DNA of 64,000 nucleotides from Akkermansiaceae bacterium (GTDB lineage: Bacteria > Verrucomicrobiota > Verrucomicrobiia > Verrucomicrobiales > Akkermansiaceae): assembly GCA_031425735.1 (NCBI GenBank), contig JANPJY010000002.1:5692-69691 (forward strand), in the 5' to 3' direction. Below the pieces are notes generated by a model. It was not told the DNA's origin, made no database searches, and was given only the letters and a program-made list of their open reading frames with translations. Position 1 is the stretch's first letter; the number at the start of each line of letters is the position of its first letter. Shown one piece after another: positions 58,417 through 64,000 of the stretch. The position numbers and the translations under genes were made by a program.

Positions 58417-59457
58417 ATGACACACCTTATGAAATATTTTTTCCTCCTAGGACTCTTTGCCTGTTCTTCACTGCATGCGGAAACCGCGCTGAAAACCGCG
58501 CCGACGGAACTAGAAAAAGTGACCACGGAAATGGAGGATGCCGCCAAAGCTTTACTCGCGGCACTCAATAAAGAACAAGCGGAGAAAGCGCGTTTTCCTT
58601 TTGATTCCGAGCAACGCGAGGCTTGGGGTTTCGTGCCGCGCGAGCGCAAAGGGATTTCCTTGGAAGCGCTCGATGAAAAGCAGGTCGGCCTTGTGCGTGA
58701 TTTGTTGAAAACCGCGTTGAGCGATCCCGGTTTGAAAAAGGTCGATACGATCATAGCCTTGGAAGCGTTTCTGGCGGAGATCGAAAAACGTCCGGACTTC
58801 CGCAATCCGAAAGCATATTTCACATCGATCTTTGGCGAGCCGTCCGCGACTGGGACATGGGCATGGCGATTTGAAGGTCATCACCTGTCGCTGAACTACA
58901 CGATCGTCGATGGCAAAGCGGTGAGCGTGACTCCTTCGTTTTTCGCGGCAAATCCGGGTGAGGTGAAAATCAAGCACAAGATGAAAGGCACGCGTCCTTT
59001 CCATGAAGAAGAAGATCTCGCGCGTGCACTCGTCACCACTTTAAAAGAAAGCGGCAAGGAAGTGATCTTTTCCGATAAAGCTCCGGCGGATATTCTCACG
59101 TCAGAGGATCGCGCGGTGAAGCAGCTTGAACCCGTTGGAATCAAGGCCACGGAAATGACGGAGACTCAGCAAAAAGCCTTGATGGAACTGATCGCGGTGT
59201 ATGCGAACCGCCACCGCAAAGAACTCGCGGAAAATGATCTCAAAACCATTCAGGCAGATCTGAAAAATCTACGCTTCGGTTGGGCCGGTGGGATCAAACG
59301 GGACGAGCCTTATTACTACCGCATTCAAGGAACGACGTTTCTAGTAGAAGTCGCGAACGTGCAAAACAACGGTAACCATTTTCACGGTGTCTGGCGGGAT
59401 GCGAAGAATGATTTTGGAAGAGATCTGTTAGGCGGGCATGTGAAGCATGAGCATTAA
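58417..59457 (+). CDS. Secreted DUF3500-domain protein
   Basis: Signal peptide after MTHLMKYFFLLGLFACSS. WAWRFEGHHLSLNYT, YYYRIQGTTFLVE and HFHGVWRD match DUF3500 as recalled. Confidence 0.7.
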   Translation: MTHLMKYFFLLGLFACSSLHAETALKTAPTELEKVTTEMEDAAKALLAALNKEQAEKARFPFDSEQREAWGFVPRERKGISLEALDEKQVGLVRDLLKTALSDPGLKKVDTIIALEAFLAEIEKRPDFRNPKAYFTSIFGEPSATGTWAWRFEGHHLSLNYTIVDGKAVSVTPSFFAANPGEVKIKHKMKGTRPFHEEEDLARALVTTLKESGKEVIFSDKAPADILTSEDRAVKQLEPVGIKATEMTETQQKALMELIAVYANRHRKELAENDLKTIQADLKNLRFGWAGGIKRDEPYYYRIQGTTFLVEVANVQNNGNHFHGVWRDAKNDFGRDLLGGHVKHEH

Positions 59458-59472
59458 TTGTTAGCGCCTACT

Positions 59473-59541
59473 GGAGAGCCGCGCCTCCGGCCGGCTTCTT
59501 CCGTGATAGCAAAAATGCCGGCCAGAGACCGACTCTCCAAT
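59473..59541. repeat. Two REP-like copies upstream of the RAYT gene
   Basis: ggagagccgcgcctccggccggctt (59473-59497) is the reverse complement, at 24/25, of the downstream copy. gccggccagagaccgactctccaat (59517-59541) is in direct orientation. Confidence 0.65.
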
Positions 59542-59550
59542 CCCCCCCTT

Positions 59551-60156
59551 ATGCCCGAATTCTTTCATCCTGATCTACCCACAAATGTAAAAGTTCATAA
59601 TCTGCCTCACTGGCAACAAGGTGATGCATGGCTTTTTCTCACATGGCGGCTAGCTGACTCGTTACCGCTAATTAAAATTAGAGAATGGCAGCACCAAAGA
59701 GAGATTTTTTTCAAATTTTATCCCGAACCGTGGACCGATTATGTTTTTAAAGAGTATCGAAAACAGTTCACTGATGAGATTGAAGAGTGGTTGGATCGCG
59801 GTATTGGCGAGTGTCATTTGAAGTATCGTGAGGTTCGAGAAATCGTTTCTTCGGCTTTGTTGCATTTCGATGGTGAGCGCTATGACCTGAATTGTTTTGT
59901 GATCATGCCAAATCATGTTCATCTGCTGCTTCGTCCCTTGGAGCCTCATAAACTTTCCGACATCGTTAAAACCATGAAGAGCTTCAGTGCTCGTGAGGTG
60001 AACAAAATTTTAAAACGGGAAGGCTCATTGTGGCAGAGAGACTATTATGATCGGTTGATCCGATCAGCTAAGCAATTTTCGTGGGTGAGAAATTATATTG
60101 AGAAGAACCCTAAGAATTTTCATCCGGATACATTCACGCTTTATATGAAGCCATGA
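59551..60156 (+). mobile_element. REP-associated tyrosine transposase (RAYT, IS200/IS605 Y1 family)
   Basis: The HUH motif region is FVIMPNHVHLLLRP and the catalytic Tyr region is LWQRDYYDRLIR. The gene is flanked by REP hairpins. Confidence 0.8.
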
Positions 60157-60185
60157 TGAGACTATTCGTTGGCTGCCCGAATGCA

Positions 60186-60213
60186 AAGCCGGCCGGAGGC
60201 ACGGCTCTCCAAT
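60186..60213. repeat. REP-like copy downstream of the RAYT gene
   Basis: aagccggccggaggcacggctctccaat, ending 1 nt before the rhomboid ATG. Confidence 0.65.
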
Positions 60214-61083
60214 ATGAAACCAGAATTACAAGAAGACGAATGGATCGACGTCGGGACTTATCCCACTCTGGATGAGGCTCAGGAACGTGCATTGGTGGCA
60301 CTTTCGATGGGGGAGGCGATACGGGTGGAGCATGGCGACCAACCGGGTGAGTTCGATCTCCAGGTGGAACCAGATGCGGCGGTGAAAATTTCTGAAGAGA
60401 TTCGCCAATACGAGGCGGAGTCGGAAGTTTTTAGATATCCGGCCATTGTCCCGTCGAACTGGGCGAAGTATCCTGCGGGCTGGAGTTATTATCTGATTTG
60501 GGCGTTGGTGCTGATAGCGGTTTTTTACCTTCAACAAAGCAATCTCTCTCTGGCGGACCGCGCGGCATCATCCAGCATCGGTTTGATGAAAAACGGCGAA
60601 AAATGGTGGCGTCCCTTCACGGCTCTCTTTCTGCACGCGGATCTCGGACATATTTTGGGTAATCTCTCCAGCGGTGCGTTGTTCGGCATGCTAGTCTCGA
60701 AATCGATCGGTCCGTTGAAAGCTTGGGCGATGATTCTCCTTTCAGGAACGGTGGGTAACGCGATCACCTCCGTGCTCACATATCCGGAGTTGTTTACGTC
60801 TATCGGCGCATCCACAGCCGTTTTCGGGGCACTTGGGATTTTGTCTGGAATCGGGTTGGTGGAGAATCTGCGCGAAAAAGTTAGCTTGCCATGGGTGCGA
60901 GTGCTGGCACCACTTTTGGCGGGATTCGTTTTACTTGGTTGGCTGGGTGGCGCGGCGCCGGGTTCCCAAACAGATGTCCTCGGCCACGTTTTCGGTTTCT
61001 CTACTGGGGTAATAGCTGGAATCGTTTGCCGGTATTTTGTAACAAGCGAGACGTTGCAAGAGTCCCCGAAAAAGTCTAGCTAG
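60214..61083 (+). CDS. Rhomboid-family intramembrane serine protease
   Basis: FLHADLGHILGN and the catalytic GASTAVFG. The start was trimmed to MKPELQ, because the listed ORF begins inside the REP. Confidence 0.8.
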   Translation: MKPELQEDEWIDVGTYPTLDEAQERALVALSMGEAIRVEHGDQPGEFDLQVEPDAAVKISEEIRQYEAESEVFRYPAIVPSNWAKYPAGWSYYLIWALVLIAVFYLQQSNLSLADRAASSSIGLMKNGEKWWRPFTALFLHADLGHILGNLSSGALFGMLVSKSIGPLKAWAMILLSGTVGNAITSVLTYPELFTSIGASTAVFGALGILSGIGLVENLREKVSLPWVRVLAPLLAGFVLLGWLGGAAPGSQTDVLGHVFGFSTGVIAGIVCRYFVTSETLQESPKKSS

Positions 61084-61087
61084 GGCT

Positions 61088-62236
61088 GTGACTTCCAAGG
61101 GAACACGACAAAATGGAGACGAGGCTCGCCTATGGTTGGTGGCCCTTTTGATATCCGTTGTACTGAATGTGGGATTGTTGGGGTGGGTGAGTTACAAGGC
61201 TGTTCTTTCAGAAATCTCTAGGAAAATCATACCCTCGAAGCCTCAGCCAGAATCTGTCGTAAGCCTCTTTCCAGATATGTTTGTGAAAGAAGATGCTAAG
61301 GTGAAAGCAGTCGTCGCCGAGCAAGAAGCGGTGCGCACATCTGAAGATCAAACCAGTCCAGTAGCACCATCGAGCCGCCGCTACATTGGCGAGCGCAACA
61401 CTCAAGCCACGAGTGATCGCGCCCCCACAAATGACGATGCAACCATGCCATCACAGGTCGGCCGCGAAGCAGCGCCCGAAGAGCAACCTGAAACGACAGA
61501 AAGCGTTTATCAAGATGGTAGGCTCGATACTCCACTCCAATCTGCAGTTCCCAATCAGCCAGCTACATTGCCTGGAGAAGTGGCCAATCCGCTTACTCCT
61601 TCAGCAGAAAAAATAAATGGCGAGAAGCAGACCGATCCTGCCGATGCAGACGTTGCCCAAACGGCTGTGAGAGAAAAACTATTAGAGGGCCCGAATAGTG
61701 TTGAGAGAGAAGTGCCGAAAGCCGAGGTCATTGAAAATATTAAACCACGTGAGGAAAAAAAAACTCGTGATGGGGATACTCAGGATGTGGCACAGAAAAA
61801 AGCTGATGAGCAGTCGAAGCTGAAAACCACCCCGTCTAGTGCTAAGATGCGCGATCCGGCGTTTAGCGGCAACCAGACTAAGACAGCGATCCGTGGCAGC
61901 ATTTCACGTACGGGTCGCAGCGCCCTGGATGTGGTGGATACGCCCATGGGACGCTACCAAGCACAGATCAGCCGTGCAGTTGAGTTGGCATGGCAGAGGA
62001 ATTGCGTAAAGCGTCGCGATTTCATCGTGCCGGGTTACCTCACTGCTAGGTTTTTTCTTGATGAAAAGGGGAGGGTCACGAGTCTCAGTTTGGTTGGGGA
62101 AATCGAAGGTGGAGAAATTCAAAAAGGATTTACGATCGATTCTATTCGCGAAGCTTCGATTCCAGCTATGCCGCCAGAGGTCAAAAAAGAAATGGCCGGA
62201 GATTCTCTTGAACTGATTTACAACTTTTACTTTTAA
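61088..62236 (+). CDS. tonB: TonB-like energy transducer
   Basis: N-terminal TM helix, an acidic/Pro-containing linker and a TonB-C-like C-terminal domain. It lies directly upstream of exbB-exbD. GTG start. Confidence 0.6.
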   Translation: MTSKGTRQNGDEARLWLVALLISVVLNVGLLGWVSYKAVLSEISRKIIPSKPQPESVVSLFPDMFVKEDAKVKAVVAEQEAVRTSEDQTSPVAPSSRRYIGERNTQATSDRAPTNDDATMPSQVGREAAPEEQPETTESVYQDGRLDTPLQSAVPNQPATLPGEVANPLTPSAEKINGEKQTDPADADVAQTAVREKLLEGPNSVEREVPKAEVIENIKPREEKKTRDGDTQDVAQKKADEQSKLKTTPSSAKMRDPAFSGNQTKTAIRGSISRTGRSALDVVDTPMGRYQAQISRAVELAWQRNCVKRRDFIVPGYLTARFFLDEKGRVTSLSLVGEIEGGEIQKGFTIDSIREASIPAMPPEVKKEMAGDSLELIYNFYF

Positions 62237-62250
62237 CTAACAACATACCA

Positions 62251-62877
62251 ATGGATAACCTCGCAATCTCTGTCACTGATACCGCATTCAAATTTATGGA
62301 TAAAGGCGGCATTTTCATGTATCCACTGCTGCTTTGTTCCATCACCGGATTGACCGCCATTGGATTCAAATTTCTTGCGCTTTCCCGTAAGCGGATTGTT
62401 CCGGCGCAACTCGCGGAGATCCTTGAAAATAACAGCGGAGATATACAGGCAGTCGGCCGAGAACTTGCAAATTATGAAAGCGCGCTTTCTCGACTCGCTT
62501 CAGTCAGCCTCAAGCATCAGCACAAAGATATCCAACATATTACCCATGCGGTCGAAGTTGTTGCTCGTGAGGAAGTCGTAAAAATGCACTCCGGAATGGG
62601 CGTGCTCGATGTTGTCATCACCGTTGCTCCACTGCTCGGGTTGCTGGGAACAGCCTCCGGACTCGTCACCATTTTCGATGGACTCGGAGAAACAACTGAC
62701 TATCTCGTCATCGCACGAGGTATTGCAGAAGCCCTTATTACAACCATTTCAGGTCTTGTCATCGCCGTCCCATGCGTCGTGGCACATAGTTATTTCATGC
62801 GTCGTATCGAACTCCTCACTGCTCGCATGGAAGCAGTCTTATCCGACTTTGTCGCCGCTTGTTCGAATTCCAAATAG
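62251..62877 (+). CDS. exbB: MotA/TolQ/ExbB proton-channel protein
   Basis: Three TM helices, with APLLGLLGTASGL and EALITTISGLVIAVP. Confidence 0.85.
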   Translation: MDNLAISVTDTAFKFMDKGGIFMYPLLLCSITGLTAIGFKFLALSRKRIVPAQLAEILENNSGDIQAVGRELANYESALSRLASVSLKHQHKDIQHITHAVEVVAREEVVKMHSGMGVLDVVITVAPLLGLLGTASGLVTIFDGLGETTDYLVIARGIAEALITTISGLVIAVPCVVAHSYFMRRIELLTARMEAVLSDFVAACSNSK

Positions 62878-62884
62878 CCTCCCG

Positions 62885-63304
62885 ATGAATTTTTATCGAA
62901 GCCAACGCAAACGTCCGGAAGTGCCGATCGTTTCAATGATCGACATCCTCTTCATCTTGCTGATCTTTTTCATTGTCTCGATGTCCTTCAAAAAACCACG
63001 TGATGTATTACACATCGAGTTACCGACAGTGAAAGAAATCACTTCTAGCGAAGTCACGGACGCGCGTTCGGTGATCGCGGTCGATTCACTGGGAAACATC
63101 AAGCTCGATGGACTTGCGGTTCCAGAGGGATTACTCGGAACCTATCTGACTGCGTTTCAAAAGCAAAACCCCGGGCGTAAACTCGAACTGGAAGCAGATC
63201 GGCGGTTGCCATTGGAACGCCTGCTTCAGATCTGGGATGCGTTAAGCAAAGCTGGGATACGCATCAACGAAGTCCCGGCGAGGATTCAGATTAGTGGGGA
63301 GTAG
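62885..63304 (+). CDS. exbD: ExbD/TolR biopolymer transport protein
   Basis: MNFYRSQRKRPEVPIVSMIDILFILLIFFIV. The start is internal to listed ORF 62609..63304. Confidence 0.85.
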   Translation: MNFYRSQRKRPEVPIVSMIDILFILLIFFIVSMSFKKPRDVLHIELPTVKEITSSEVTDARSVIAVDSLGNIKLDGLAVPEGLLGTYLTAFQKQNPGRKLELEADRRLPLERLLQIWDALSKAGIRINEVPARIQISGE

Positions 63305-63316
63305 AGTTAAAATTCC

Positions 63317-64000
63317 TTAAAGTGCTAACGACAGTTCAGCAATTTTTTTGCAGAGCTCTGGGAAAGGCAGGCCATCAGCGGCGGCGGATTTCGGAAGCAG
63401 AGAAGTTTCGGTCATGCCTGGGATGGTGTTGGCTTCGAGGACGTAGGGATTATTGTTAGAATCCAACATGACATCGACGCGGGAATAGACTTCGAGGCCT
63501 AGGGCTTTGTGGGCGGCGACAGCTGCGGCTTGCACGGCAATCGTGGTTTCGAGATCGAGATCTGCTGGACAGATGTATTGCGAGCCTTTGCTCAGGCCGT
63601 TGAGCCATGGATATTTGGCTGCCATGTCATAAACGCCTTCGGGCGGAATGATGTGGATGACGGGGTAGGGAATGCCATCGATGACCGGAACAGTTAGCTC
63701 GTAGCCAGAAATATATTCCTCAATCAATAAATCTTTGGAATGCTGCGAGGCTTTAGCGATGGCTGCTGCTGCGTCCTCTTGTTTTTTGACGATTTCAATT
63801 CCGACCGATGAGCCTTCGCGTGGGGGTTTAACGACGAAGGGTGCGGGAAAGGAGGGAAGAACAGGGCCGTTGGTGCAATCGATGATTTCCGATTTCGGGG
63901 TCGGCACGCCTCCTGCGACAAAGGCTTGTTTCGCGAGGCTTTTATCGAATGCGATGCGGGAAGAGTTTGCTCGGGCTCCGGTGTAGGGAATGCCTTTTTG
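63317..64000 (-). CDS. ddl: D-alanine--D-alanine ligase, 5' end outside the window
   Basis: PFVVKPPREGSSVGI and VLEANTIPGMTETSLLP. The frame remains open upstream of the listed start to base 64000 (GIPYTGARANSSRIAFDKSLAKQ). Confidence 0.85.
   Translation of the reverse strand, partial: QKGIPYTGARANSSRIAFDKSLAKQAFVAGGVPTPKSEIIDCTNGPVLPSFPAPFVVKPPREGSSVGIEIVKKQEDAAAAIAKASQHSKDLLIEEYISGYELTVPVIDGIPYPVIHIIPPEGVYDMAAKYPWLNGLSKGSQYICPADLDLETTIAVQAAAVAAHKALGLEVYSRVDVMLDSNNNPYVLEANTIPGMTETSLLPKSAAADGLPFPELCKKIAELSLAL

Overview
The window looks like chromosomal DNA from a PVC-superphylum bacterium, most likely Verrucomicrobiota. This is inferred from gene content: a DUF1549/DUF1553 + DUF1501 pair, LL-diaminopimelate aminotransferase, an SHD1-domain protein, prepilin-type genes and many hairpin repeats between genes. 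No rRNA, tRNA or CRISPR array was seen. Bases 1-16.6 kb look accessory. They hold an SGNH esterase plus two decayed copies of its 3' end, a roughly 1400-codon secreted FN3 protein gene broken by a frameshift, two paralogous secreted proteins of unknown family, and a 1206-codon GspK-like giant pseudopilin with a small secreted partner. The rest is mostly housekeeping (rlmN, dapL, lysS, TPP riboswitch-thiC, htpG, tsaE, menB, recQ, ddl, TonB-ExbBD, sigma factors), interrupted by several unusual items. These are a VapBC pair with a palindromic operator, a four-helix-bundle (Avd/23S-IVS family) gene sitting between 29-bp quasi-palindromic repeats, and tandem paralogs with a proline-rich repeat array. 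There is also a seven-gene ATGA-coupled operon led by a lone pseudopilin with four uncharacterised envelope proteins, a RAYT (IS200-like) gene flanked by REP hairpins, and several MITE/REP-like repeat families. All product calls come from motif recognition by eye. No database search was run.
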